Shown here: positions 38,057 to 47,667 of the stretch, in pieces
Layout: each line of letters begins with the position of its first letter
Numbering within the stretch: the first letter of the stretch is position 1
The notes under the pieces: model-generated
Databases searched by the model: none
What the model saw: only the letters and a program-made list of their open reading frames with translations
Told to the model about the DNA's origin: nothing
Position numbers and translations under genes: made by a program
Source: Geopsychrobacteraceae bacterium
GTDB lineage: Bacteria; Desulfobacterota; Desulfuromonadia; Desulfuromonadales; Geopsychrobacteraceae
Direction of reading: 5' to 3'
Assembly (NCBI GenBank): GCA_963676795.2
Contig: CAXXTB010000001.1
Location: 1,216,001-1,280,000, forward strand
Length of the DNA stretch: 64,000 nt

Positions 38057-39502
38057 ATGAACCTGATTCTGACATTGCGGATTCTCGGTGCGTTGTTGCT
38101 CTTCCTCGGCGCGACCCTGCTGGTGCCGCTGCCGTTTTCGTTCTATTATGCCGACGGAACCTGGTTGTCCTTTATCCTTTCCGCAGCCATCTGTGTTATC
38201 ACCGGAACCTTGCTGCACCGTTTCTGTAAAAGCTCAAAAGAGATGTCGATTCGCGAGGGCTTTGCGACAGTCACCTTCGGCTGGGCCTTTTTTGCCCTGT
38301 TCGGCGCGCTTCCCTACCTGATCAGTGGGGCCATCGCTTCGCCGCTCGATGCGGTTTTCGAGACGATGAGCGGTTTTACCACGACCGGTTCGACCATTCT
38401 GACCAATATTGAAGCCTTGCCTCCGGCCTTGTTGTTCTGGCGGTCTCTGACCCACTGGCTGGGCGGCATGGGGATCATCGTTCTGTCCCTGGCGATTCTG
38501 CCGATGCTCGGCGTCGGTGGTATGCAGCTGTTCAAGGCGGAGGTTCCCGGTCCGACTGCAGATCGCCTGACGCCAAGAATTCAGGATACGGCTAAGATGC
38601 TCTGGGGGGTCTACTTCCTGCTGACTGTGGTCGAAATCGTCCTGCTGATGTTTGGCGGCATGAGCTTTTTCGATGCCGTCTGTCACGCTTTTGCGACCAT
38701 GGCGACCGGCGGGTTTTCGACCCGCAATGCGTCGGTTGCGGCCTACGACAGCGCCTACATCGACGGTGTCATCACCCTGTTCATGGTGCTGGCCGGTGCC
38801 AACTTTGCCCTGCACTTTCAGCTGCTGCGCGGCAAGGTGGTCGATGTCTTCAGGAATGAGGAGTTGCGCGTCTATCTGCTGATTGTTCTTGCCTCAACAC
38901 TCGTGCTGATGCTCTTCAACTGGAGCGGGCATATCTATGGCAATATCGGCGAGAATCTGCGCTATTCCCTGTTTCAGGTCGCCTCGATTATAACGACCAC
39001 CGGATTCGGTACAGCCGATTTTGAGCTCTGGCCGGTTATCTGCCAGTATGTGCTGGTGCTGCTGATGTTCATTGGTGGGTGCGCCGGATCGACGGGTGGC
39101 GGCATGAAGGTCGCCCGGATTCTGCTGCTCTTCAAGCACTCCCAGACCCAGCTCTATCGTCTAATTCATCCGCGGGCAGTACGTCTGGTCAAACTCGGAA
39201 CCCGACCGGTCGACAAGGAGGTCCTGCAGTCGATCCTCGGTTTCTTTGCCCTCTATATCGGGATCTTTGTTTTCTGTTCCATGCTGGTGGCGGCTGCCGG
39301 GACCGACCTGGTGACCTCGGGAACGGCGGTCATCGCCTGCCTGAGCAATATCGGCCCGGGGCTGGGGAGCGTCGGCCCGGTCGATAACTTTGCCCTGATT
39401 CCCGGTTTTGGCAAGGCTGTGCTGGTCTTCTGTATGCTGATGGGGCGGCTGGAGCTGTTTACCGTACTGGTGCTGTTCCTTCCGTCATTCTGGAGGAAGT
39501 AA
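38057..39502 (+). CDS. trkH: Trk potassium uptake membrane subunit
   Basis: SGFTTTG, WLGGMG, ATGGFS, TTTGF, GGCAGSTGGGMK, NIGPGLG, GRLE. Confidence 0.96.
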   Translation: MNLILTLRILGALLLFLGATLLVPLPFSFYYADGTWLSFILSAAICVITGTLLHRFCKSSKEMSIREGFATVTFGWAFFALFGALPYLISGAIASPLDAVFETMSGFTTTGSTILTNIEALPPALLFWRSLTHWLGGMGIIVLSLAILPMLGVGGMQLFKAEVPGPTADRLTPRIQDTAKMLWGVYFLLTVVEIVLLMFGGMSFFDAVCHAFATMATGGFSTRNASVAAYDSAYIDGVITLFMVLAGANFALHFQLLRGKVVDVFRNEELRVYLLIVLASTLVLMLFNWSGHIYGNIGENLRYSLFQVASIITTTGFGTADFELWPVICQYVLVLLMFIGGCAGSTGGGMKVARILLLFKHSQTQLYRLIHPRAVRLVKLGTRPVDKEVLQSILGFFALYIGIFVFCSMLVAAAGTDLVTSGTAVIACLSNIGPGLGSVGPVDNFALIPGFGKAVLVFCMLMGRLELFTVLVLFLPSFWRK

Positions 39503-39503
39503 T

Positions 39504-39571
39504 ACCCCCCCTGCTCGCAAGCTCGCTTCCCCCCTATTTTATAGGGGGGAAGCGAGGGGGGTGTCTTTTTT
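39504..39571 (+). terminator. GC-rich palindrome / terminator after trkH
   Basis: 16-bp perfect stem CTCGCTTCCCCCCTAT-TTT-ATAGGGGGGAAGCGAG, outer ACCCCC/GGGGGT, then a T-run. Confidence 0.7.
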
Positions 39572-39607
39572 TAACTGCTCGTTTTCGATCTGAAACTGTT
39601 TTGCCGT

Positions 39608-39649
39608 AAAAAATGAAAGCCCCCATCGCCCAGTAGGCGATGGGGGCTT
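39608..39649 (-). terminator. Rho-independent terminator for the rluD-pgeF operon
   Basis: 14-bp stem AAGCCCCCATCGCC/GGCGATGGGGGCTT with a T-rich tail on the minus strand. Confidence 0.75.
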
Positions 39650-39769
39650 CCCCCCTCCGGTAACCTGTCTTTTAACAGGAAAGTCCGTAATTTTTTCTTG
39701 AGTATAAAAAACACTTCTGAAAAAAATCTGACTTTCCGAAATTTTTTTGAAAAAAATCTGTTTTTTTTC

Positions 39770-40561
39770 TTACACCAGCTTGATAAAGCCGATTTGGCGG
39801 CCCGTTTTGCCATTGTCCCGGCGGTAGGAGAAGAACAGCTCCGGGTGACAGCAGGTACATTCTTCGGTACTTTCAATCTGGCTGACCGGCAGGCCGAGCT
39901 GTTCCAACTGCAACTGGCAGCTCAGTTTCAGGTCGAGCTTCCAGTGACCAAGGCTGACCTCTTCGGCGATCTGGTTCCAGAAGCCGGTGCCGTTGCGGAA
40001 AGCGTCGCGAACCGGTCGGTCGACCTCGAACTTGTGGGCAGCGATGCCGGGGCCGATGGCGGCAAACAATTCTTCAGCCTGACAGGAAAAGTTGTTGCAG
40101 ATTGTTTTGACGGTTTTTTCGATAATCCCGTTGGCGGCACCACGCCAGCCGACATGAACGGCGGCAATGATGTTAAGGGTTGGGTGCCAGAGCAGGATAG
40201 GGTAGCAGTCCGCGGTCAGTACGCCGATGATGATGTTCGGCTGGTTGGTGACGATGGCATCTACTTCCAGGTTGAGAAAGTGGGAGAGGTCGGGGTTTTC
40301 TTCATCGATCAGCAGGATGTCCTTACCGTGAACCTGTTTGACGGTCAGCAGCCGGTGCGGAACCAGGTCGAAACTTCTGGCAAAGGTTGAACGGTTTCCT
40401 TCGACGTTGGCCAGAACGTCGCCGCTGTTCGGACCCAGGTTCAGGGAGTTGTAGGGCTGGCGACTGACCCCGCCGTTGCGGGTACTGAATCCGGCAACGA
40501 CATTGCTGCTGAGGTTTCCGGGCTGAAGGAATGAGATCTTCCCGTTACGAACAAGTTTCAT
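39770..40561 (-). CDS. pgeF: Peptidoglycan editing factor PgeF (YfiH laccase-like / purine nucleoside phosphorylase)
   Basis: FSTR.GGVS, SLNLG, QVHG, TADCYPIL, HVGWRG, IGPGI, FFSYRR..TGRQ; follows rluD. Confidence 0.95.
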   Translation of the reverse strand: MKLVRNGKISFLQPGNLSSNVVAGFSTRNGGVSRQPYNSLNLGPNSGDVLANVEGNRSTFARSFDLVPHRLLTVKQVHGKDILLIDEENPDLSHFLNLEVDAIVTNQPNIIIGVLTADCYPILLWHPTLNIIAAVHVGWRGAANGIIEKTVKTICNNFSCQAEELFAAIGPGIAAHKFEVDRPVRDAFRNGTGFWNQIAEEVSLGHWKLDLKLSCQLQLEQLGLPVSQIESTEECTCCHPELFFSYRRDNGKTGRQIGFIKLV

Positions 40562-40593
40562 CAAAGACTCCGTTATCTGGCTTTACTGCTTTT

Positions 40594-41559
40594 TTACGCT
40601 GCGTACTTCTGATCAAGATAAGAAACAATGTTTAGCAGAGTTTCAGGCATTTGGGTGGAAAATTCCAGATATTTTCCACTGTCCGGATGAATAAAGCCGA
40701 GGGAACGGGCATGGAGGGCCTGACCGGGCAGTTTTTTGACCAGTTTAGCCAGGGTCTGATCCTGAATTGCGGCCTCCTTGCTGCGGCTGCCGTAGAGTGG
40801 ATCCCCGACCAGCGGCAGATTCATTTCTGAAAAATGAACCCGGATCTGATGGGTCCGGCCGGTTTCCAGTTGACACTGGACCAGGCTGAGACGATCCGCC
40901 GGATAGCGTTTGACGATTTTCCAGTGGGTCACCGCATCCTTCGCATGACGGGCCTTGCCGCTCATCTTTTTGCGCTGGGTCGGATGGCGGCCAATCGCCT
41001 GCCGGACTACTCCCGAGTCGCTTTCCGGGCAGCCGTGGATCAGGGCCAGGTAGATTCGGTGAATACTGTGAGCCTTGAACTGGGCAGAAAGCTGCTGGTG
41101 ACTGTTATCGTTCTTGGTGATGACCAGAATGCCCGAGGTGTCCTTGTCGATCCGGTGAACGATTCCCGGGCGCAGTTCACCACCGATACCGGCCAGGTCA
41201 TCACAGTGGTGGAGCAGGGCGTTGACCAGGGTCCCCGTAGCGTGTCCCGCTGCCGGGTGAACAACCATACCGGCCGGTTTGTTGATGACGATGACCGCGC
41301 TGTCCTCGTAGAGGATGTCGAGGGGCATATCCTGGGGGATCGCTTCAATCGGTTCCGGTTCCGGCAGGGTCACCTCGACCTGTTCTTCCCCTTTGAGTTT
41401 GAGGCTGGCCTTGGCGGCCTGGCCATCGACCAGAACCTGGTTGTCATCGATCAGTTTTTTGATTTGGGAACGACTGATGTCCGGCAGACAGAACGACAGG
41501 AAGCTGTCCAGCCGTTCTGGCGGCCGTTCAGAAGGGAAACAGAATTGCTGCGAGGTCAT
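40594..41559 (-). CDS. rluD: 23S rRNA pseudouridine synthase (RluD type)
   Basis: S4 domain RLDSFL, NKPAGMVVHP, GIVHRIDKDTSG, LETGRTHQIRVH, GDPLYG, ALHA. Confidence 0.93.
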   Translation of the reverse strand: MTSQQFCFPSERPPERLDSFLSFCLPDISRSQIKKLIDDNQVLVDGQAAKASLKLKGEEQVEVTLPEPEPIEAIPQDMPLDILYEDSAVIVINKPAGMVVHPAAGHATGTLVNALLHHCDDLAGIGGELRPGIVHRIDKDTSGILVITKNDNSHQQLSAQFKAHSIHRIYLALIHGCPESDSGVVRQAIGRHPTQRKKMSGKARHAKDAVTHWKIVKRYPADRLSLVQCQLETGRTHQIRVHFSEMNLPLVGDPLYGSRSKEAAIQDQTLAKLVKKLPGQALHARSLGFIHPDSGKYLEFSTQMPETLLNIVSYLDQKYAA

Positions 41560-41829
41560 TTACCAGATTTGACTTTCGATTTTTCCGGCCTGCTTGATCA
41601 TGACATCGACGATGGCCCGATCGTACAGATGCTCACGGTTTGGCATCTCGGGGGAGACGCGAGAGAAGAAATGTTCCCGGCCCTCTTCCAGTTCTTCGCC
41701 CATCAGTTCGAAGATGCTGTCGTTCTTGATCCCCTCGGACACCTTGTCCTGATTATACAGGGCAATATCAGAAATAATTGCACGGGCCAAGCGAAACGCC
41801 AGTTCGGGATTCTCTACCAGTCGTGCCAT
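41560..41829 (-). CDS. Conserved hypothetical protein
   Basis: GAGGAG RBS; RLARAIISDIALYN motif; its stop abuts the rluD start. Confidence 0.75.
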   Translation of the reverse strand: MARLVENPELAFRLARAIISDIALYNQDKVSEGIKNDSIFELMGEELEEGREHFFSRVSPEMPNREHLYDRAIVDVMIKQAGKIESQIW

Positions 41830-42177
41830 TGGAATGCTCCTCAAAAAGTGAATTTATATGATAAGACTTTATTAGATAATTCTGAGTAACGCAAGTGGGA
41901 TTTGTTCAGATACTTATTAGTAATGGGTAATGATTTGTGTTAGCATTTAGAAATAACGCAGTCAAACCGGCTTGATCAGTGGATTTGCAGTTGTCTGATC
42001 AGGCCGGGATTTAGCTGTCCGTAACCTTGAAAATAATTTGCAATCAGTTCATTGAATGCTAAGATCTCGATTATACATGTTTTTTGTTTGGATCTGACGG
42101 TGTGGCCAGGGATTGTTTCGGTTTCTTTAGCTGTGGTCCCGACTCTCTGAAGGAACCTGCTGGCTGCGGGAGTAAAA

Positions 42178-42996
42178 ATGAGTGAAAAAATAAAAATACT
42201 CTGCGTTGACGATGAACCGAATATTCTCAAAGGTTTTGCGCGCCTTTTTCGTAATCGTAGCGAGTACGAGCTGCATGTCGCCAATTCCGGTGCGGAAGGT
42301 CTCAAAATTCTGGAAGATGTCCCCGGAATCAGAATAGTCATCTCCGATTATCGTATGCCGTCGATGACGGGGGGCGATTTTCTGAACGAGGTTTGCACCA
42401 GGTGGCCTCAGACGTCCCGCATTATCCTCTCCGGCTATGCCGATCCGCAGTATATTCTGGAGGCCATCAATAAAGGGCACATCTACAGTTTTCTTCCCAA
42501 GCCGATGAGCGATGATGCCCTGATGTCGACTATTTCGGCGGCGTTGCAGCACCAGTTTCTGGTTCAGGAGAATTCCCGGCTCACTTCGGCTCTGAAGGAG
42601 AGCAATCGTGAACTGGAAGAGCTGAATCACAAACTGGAGGAGCAGGTTTCCGCCAGGACCGAAACCCTGGAGATCCGTAACCGTGTGCTGCAGATCGCCC
42701 AGGGAGTGCTGGATGTTCTGCCGGTCGTGGTCTTCGGCATCGATCCTGAGGATATGGTCGTCTGCTGTAATGAATATGCCCGGGATTTTTTCCCCGGCGG
42801 TATGCTCGGCCCCTTCGGCATGGACCGTCGTGATGTTCTGGGCGATGAGCTCAATGCCCTGGTCGATTCTCTCGGTGACCAGACCCTGGTCGTCAGGGAT
42901 ATTGTTCATCGCGGGAAAAATTTTCATTGCGAGGTCCGCAAACTCCACGAGACCCTGACCAGGGGCATCGTCATTTCCATGCTTCCCAGAGATTGA
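42178..42996 (+). CDS. Response regulator (REC + coiled coil + PAS-like domain)
   Basis: ILCVDDE, ISDYRMP, ILSGY, FLPKP; LEEQVSART coiled coil. Confidence 0.88.
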   Translation: MSEKIKILCVDDEPNILKGFARLFRNRSEYELHVANSGAEGLKILEDVPGIRIVISDYRMPSMTGGDFLNEVCTRWPQTSRIILSGYADPQYILEAINKGHIYSFLPKPMSDDALMSTISAALQHQFLVQENSRLTSALKESNRELEELNHKLEEQVSARTETLEIRNRVLQIAQGVLDVLPVVVFGIDPEDMVVCCNEYARDFFPGGMLGPFGMDRRDVLGDELNALVDSLGDQTLVVRDIVHRGKNFHCEVRKLHETLTRGIVISMLPRD

Positions 42997-43134
42997 CAGT
43001 TGCTATGGTTGAGGCGCTGGCGTCCGGTCAAGTTGCGACCATTCATTTTTGCGTTACAATTTAACTGTTGTGCCCGATTGAAGAATTCGCTTTAATTTTT
43101 TTATGCCAGTTGCTCGTCAGATGAGGAGGGCTAA

Positions 43135-43503
43135 ATGGTGAAGCAGATACTCTTTGTTGATGATGAAGAAGCTCTGGCCCTTCTCGGTCAGGACCTGCTT
43201 TCGGAATTCGGCTACCAGGTGACCTGCGCCCACAGCGGCGAAGAGGCCCTTGAGATTTTTGAGCAGGGTGGGGAAAATTATGATCTGCTGATTACCGATG
43301 AGATGATGCCGGGGATCAGTGGTATTGAGCTGGCTCAGCAGATCTATCTGCGCAATCCTGCTCTTCCGGTTATCCTCTGTACCGGGTACTTTATGACCAA
43401 GGGGGAGGCCGGAATGGACAAGACCAATATCCAGGATGTTCTGGCCAAAACCGATGTCTGCGTCAAGCTTCCGGAACTGATTGATCGGCTGCTCGCCGAA
43501 TAG
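43135..43503 (+). CDS. Single-domain response regulator
   Basis: ILFVDDE, LITDEMMPG, ILCTGY; GAGGAGG RBS. Confidence 0.9.
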   Translation: MVKQILFVDDEEALALLGQDLLSEFGYQVTCAHSGEEALEIFEQGGENYDLLITDEMMPGISGIELAQQIYLRNPALPVILCTGYFMTKGEAGMDKTNIQDVLAKTDVCVKLPELIDRLLAE

Positions 43504-43522
43504 TCCGCCTGCCTCTGAAAAG

Positions 43523-43840
43523 CTATAAGAACAAAAACAGCGCGACAACTGCAGCCAGGATAATAATAACTGCTGCCAGGATAAGAACCGGCCCCCTTTG
43601 CGCGGAAGCCGGTTTTTCATTGCTGAGCTCTGCGACGACCGGAAAGCGTTCTATCACCGAGCGGACGTGGGGGGCTGTCTTCAGCTCCTCGGTCAGATCG
43701 CAACCCGCCTGATGCTTCTCATAATGGCTGCCGTATCTCCAGGAGCGGCTGCTGCTGACGTCATAAACCAGATTGCTGACAACGACATAAGCCGGGCGAC
43801 CGTCCCGACCGTCAAACTGTTTGAGTTCCTCCAGCGTCAC
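43523..43840 (-). CDS. Cytochrome b5-like heme/steroid-binding protein with C-terminal TM anchor
   Basis: LEELKQFDG, AYV, VYDVS, W..G.H..HQAG.DLT...APH; GGAGG RBS before GTG. Confidence 0.85.
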   Translation of the reverse strand: MTLEELKQFDGRDGRPAYVVVSNLVYDVSSSRSWRYGSHYEKHQAGCDLTEELKTAPHVRSVIERFPVVAELSNEKPASAQRGPVLILAAVIIILAAVVALFLFL

Positions 43841-43855
43841 ATGACCTCCTGCTGG

Positions 43856-45769
43856 TCAGGCCTTGAAATAGGTCTGATCGTCGAGTTGGGCGGCAAACTG
43901 TTTGAGAATCCGCTGCCGTTCGCTCACGTTGATCCGTCCGCAACGAACGGCACCTTCGATACGGCTGCGGAAGCTGTCGAAGAAGGCGGCCCGGTTGTAC
44001 TCGAGCATTTCCAGAACATCGAGCACCGAATCGGCTGACTGCTCGCGAATGACGTCAAAGCCTCCCCCTTCGCAGAGTTTGACACTGATGACGTTGGTAT
44101 CGCCGAACAGGTTGTGCAGATCTCCCAGGGTCTCCTGGTAGGCCCCCATCATGAACACGCCGAGAATGTAGTCTTCCCCCTGTTTCAGGCCGTGCAGCGG
44201 CAGGGTCGGACTTTCGCCACTGCCGATGATGAAGCGATCCAGGTTGCCGTCGCAGTCACAGGTCAGGTCGGAAATGGTCGCTCTATGCTCCGGATATTCA
44301 CCCAGCCTGTGGATCGGCATGACCGGAAACAGTTGGCCGATGGCCCAGGTGTCGGGCAGCGACTGAAAGACGCTGAAATTACCGTAGTAGATATCGGCCA
44401 GGCTGGTTCGCAGCTGTTCCAGTTCCGCCTGAGGCTCGTCCAGCTGATCAATACGGCGGCTGATAACACCTGCAATCGCCAGGAACAGATTTTCGGCCAT
44501 CGAGCGCTGGCGCAGACCGATTTCTCCCTGACGGAACAGCTCACGGATCTCATCGCGGATCTGGATGGTCTGTCGGCAGCCTGTTGTCAGTTCAAAGGTT
44601 TCCGCCTGCCGGTAGAGCTGGAACTGCGTCTCGAGCAGCGGGTGGGCATCTGTCGGCAGTTCCTGCGGCAGGCTTAAGGGGCAGAAGCGCATGACATCGA
44701 TGATGTTGAAGAACAGCATGGTGGTGTGGGCGACGGTGGCCCGCCCCGATTCAGTGACGATGACCGGATGGGCCACCTGTTCTGCATCGAGAACCTGGGC
44801 TATGGTAGAAACGATGCCGCGGCAGTAATCAAGAACGCTGTAATCGCAGGAATGGGCGACGCCGGAGCGGTTGCCGACGTAGTCGACGGCAAGGCCGCCG
44901 CCTAAGTCGATATAGCCGAGCGGGACCCCTTCCTTGCACAGTTCGGTGTAAAAGCGGCAGGCCTCACGGACCCCCGCCTTGATCTCCTCGAGATGCGGAA
45001 TCTGGGAGCCGAGGTGGCAGTGCAGCAGCTGCAGGCAGTCGAGCATCCCCTCGGTGCGCAGGCGGTCGACGGTGTCGGTCAGCTGTGCCGTGGTCAGGCC
45101 GAAGCTGCTACGGTCACCGGTGGTTTCCGTCCACAGGCCGCCGACCTTGGCCGAGATCTTGATACGCAGACCGATCAGCGGACGGATGCCCAGGGCCCGG
45201 CTGCGTTCGATGATCAGCGGCAGTTCAGCCGGGGATTCGATGACGAAGAAGCAGCGATGGCCGAGCTTCCTGGCCCACAGGCCAAGGTCGATGAATTCGC
45301 GATCCTTGTAGCCGTTGCAGATCAGCAGGCCGTTTTCGCCGAGGCTGGCCAGGCAGAGCAGCAGTTCCGGCTTGCTTCCTGCCTCCAGGCCGTGCCCGTA
45401 ACGGGCGCCGAAACGGCCGATCTCCTCGATCACCGCCGCCTGCTGATTGACTTTGATCGGGAAGACCCCGTTGTAGCGGTTCTGGTAGCTGAGTTCGGCA
45501 ATCGCCGCGCTGAAGCTGTCGTTGAGCAGGGCGATGCGTGCGTCGAGCAGGTTTTCAACCCGGACGAGAAGCGGCAGCTCATGGCCCCTGTCCTGCGCTG
45601 CCTGAATGATCTCAGGCAGCGGAACCGAAACCTCTCCGGAGTCAAACGGGACAGTCAGCTGAACATCTCCGCAATCGGTCACCGAGAAGGTCTCGCCGCC
45701 CCAGTGATCGATGCCGTAAAGACTGGCCGAATCGGCCGCTGTCCAGGTCTGGTTGTTCAGCTGTTTCAT
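43856..45769 (-). CDS. speA: Biosynthetic arginine decarboxylase
   Basis: YGIDHWG, FPIKVNQ (PLP Lys), GLEAGSKPE, CNGYKD, HLGSQI, DLGGGL, NFSVFQSLPDTWAI, GAYQETLGDLHNLFGD. Confidence 0.95.
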   Translation of the reverse strand: MKQLNNQTWTAADSASLYGIDHWGGETFSVTDCGDVQLTVPFDSGEVSVPLPEIIQAAQDRGHELPLLVRVENLLDARIALLNDSFSAAIAELSYQNRYNGVFPIKVNQQAAVIEEIGRFGARYGHGLEAGSKPELLLCLASLGENGLLICNGYKDREFIDLGLWARKLGHRCFFVIESPAELPLIIERSRALGIRPLIGLRIKISAKVGGLWTETTGDRSSFGLTTAQLTDTVDRLRTEGMLDCLQLLHCHLGSQIPHLEEIKAGVREACRFYTELCKEGVPLGYIDLGGGLAVDYVGNRSGVAHSCDYSVLDYCRGIVSTIAQVLDAEQVAHPVIVTESGRATVAHTTMLFFNIIDVMRFCPLSLPQELPTDAHPLLETQFQLYRQAETFELTTGCRQTIQIRDEIRELFRQGEIGLRQRSMAENLFLAIAGVISRRIDQLDEPQAELEQLRTSLADIYYGNFSVFQSLPDTWAIGQLFPVMPIHRLGEYPEHRATISDLTCDCDGNLDRFIIGSGESPTLPLHGLKQGEDYILGVFMMGAYQETLGDLHNLFGDTNVISVKLCEGGGFDVIREQSADSVLDVLEMLEYNRAAFFDSFRSRIEGAVRCGRINVSERQRILKQFAAQLDDQTYFKA

Positions 45770-46611
45770 TCGCTGATGTTTTCCTTGGCGAAGGTCGGCA
45801 GCATGAAGGCTCCCAGGTGCAGATCTTCGTTGTAGTAACGGGTGTAGAACGGACGCTTGGCTGCGCGTTCACGGTCAAAATCGCGGACCGGGTGGTACTT
45901 CTTGCTGGCGAAGGCGAAGCTCCAGAAACCGCTCGGATAGGTCGGGATGAAAGCCTGGTACATCTCGACAATCGGGAAAACGCTGCGCAGGTTGCGGTAC
46001 ATGTTCTTCTGGATTTCCGCGTGGTAGAAGGGGGACTCGCTCTGGGCGACCATGATGCCGTCCTCTTTCAGGGCGGAAAAGACCAGTTTGTAAAAATCTT
46101 CCTCGAACAGGCCGACGGCTGGTCCGATCGGGTCGGTGGAATCGACCATGATGATGTCGAATTCGTTCTGATGGTCACGGATATAGGCCAGGCCATCGTC
46201 GACATGCAGTTTGACGCGCGGATTGGAACCGTCGATCTCACAGGCCATGCTCGGCAGGAATTCAATCGATTTGTCGATAACCAGACCGTCGATCTCACAG
46301 AGAACCGCCAGCTCGACGTTCGGGTGCTTCATGATTTCGCGGATGCTGCCGCCGTCGCCGCCACCGATGACCAGAACCTTCTTCGGGTTCGGATGGGTGA
46401 ACAGGGCCGGGTGGGAGATCATGTCGTGATAGACAAATTCATCGCGCTCGGTGACCATGACCAGGCCGTCGAGGAGCATCATCTTGCCGTACTCCAGGGT
46501 CTCGAGGATTTCGAGCTTCTGGAATTCACTTTCGCCCGAAAACAGGCTCTTGGTCACCTTCATGGTGATGCCGACGTTTTCACTATGTTTTTCTGTATAC
46601 CAAAGATCCAT
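45766..46611 (-). CDS. speE: Spermidine synthase / polyamine aminopropyltransferase
   Basis: SEFQ, LDG, DEFVYHDM, VLVIGGGDGG, EID, DSTDPIGPA, PTYPSG. Confidence 0.96.
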   Translation of the reverse strand: MDLWYTEKHSENVGITMKVTKSLFSGESEFQKLEILETLEYGKMMLLDGLVMVTERDEFVYHDMISHPALFTHPNPKKVLVIGGGDGGSIREIMKHPNVELAVLCEIDGLVIDKSIEFLPSMACEIDGSNPRVKLHVDDGLAYIRDHQNEFDIIMVDSTDPIGPAVGLFEEDFYKLVFSALKEDGIMVAQSESPFYHAEIQKNMYRNLRSVFPIVEMYQAFIPTYPSGFWSFAFASKKYHPVRDFDRERAAKRPFYTRYYNEDLHLGAFMLPTFAKENISE

Positions 46612-46854
46612 AACCATCTGTCCTTCTGAGCAAATATTGATTATCCGGGTCAGGCGATTTTGCCGGCCTGATCTGTTCAGCTTCTACTACCTGCGCACCG
46701 TTGTACTGTCAAGAGATATCCTGCCGACAGAATATTTTAACAATATTTCTGCGGATGAATTTTTTTCAGCGCTGTGTTAAAGATAACAGGTTTTTCATGA
46801 CGACGAATCTATTCTGATTGATATAGCTAACACACTGAAAGGACAGGTTTAAAT

Positions 46855-47667
46855 ATGGAGAGTATCGGCAAAATCGGTTTCATCGGCGGCGGCAACATGG
46901 CTGAGGCGATCATCAAGGGGCTGCTGGCCGGCGGGCTGCCGGCAGAGCGGATCATCGCTTCGGAGCCGAGTAATGAGCGGCGTCAGCATTTGACCGACGC
47001 GTTTTCCATCGCCCTGGTGGAGAACAATCTGGAACTGATGGCAGCCTGTGACCTGATTGTCCTGTCGATCAAGCCGCAGATTGCCGATGAGATTCTCGAT
47101 GAAATTTCTGGTGCTTATGATGAGAGCAAACTGCTGGTCTCGATTCTGGCCGGTGTGACCAGCGCTCATATCGAAAAATACTTTCAAGGGGCTGCGCGCG
47201 TCGTGCGGGTGATGCCGAATACTCCGGCTCTGGTCGGTGAAGGCGCCAGCGCCATCAGCCGTGGTCATCATGCCAGCAAGCAAGATCTGGAGATTGTCCG
47301 CCTGCTGTTCGAGAGCGTTGGCCGCGTCGAGGTGATCGATGAGCGGCAGATGGACGCGGTGACCGGCCTGTCCGGTTCCGGTCCGGCCTATGTCTACACT
47401 GTTATCGAGGCTCTCGCCGATGGCGGCGTCCGTGAAGGGTTGCGCCGTGATATCGCCCACGCCCTGGCTGTGCAGACGGTCGTTGGTGCCGCGCTGATGG
47501 TGCGTGAGACCGGCGAACATCCGGCGATCCTGCGTGACCGGGTCTGCTCACCCGGGGGAACGGCGATCACCGGGGTCAGTACCCTGGAGCGTAACGGTCT
47601 GAGAACGACCCTGATGGAAGCAGTCTCCGCCGCTGCGGCACGTTCCCGGGAGCTTGGTGGGAACTGA
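46855..47667 (+). CDS. proC: Pyrroline-5-carboxylate reductase
   Basis: GFIGGGNMA, KPQ, RVMPNTP, TGLSGSGPAY, VCSPGGT. Confidence 0.97.
   Translation: MESIGKIGFIGGGNMAEAIIKGLLAGGLPAERIIASEPSNERRQHLTDAFSIALVENNLELMAACDLIVLSIKPQIADEILDEISGAYDESKLLVSILAGVTSAHIEKYFQGAARVVRVMPNTPALVGEGASAISRGHHASKQDLEIVRLLFESVGRVEVIDERQMDAVTGLSGSGPAYVYTVIEALADGGVREGLRRDIAHALAVQTVVGAALMVRETGEHPAILRDRVCSPGGTAITGVSTLERNGLRTTLMEAVSAAAARSRELGGN

Noticed and set aside
39677..39688. GGAAAGTCCG resembling the RNase P RNA signature
   Set aside because: The rest of rnpB is absent and the spacer is too short and AT-rich
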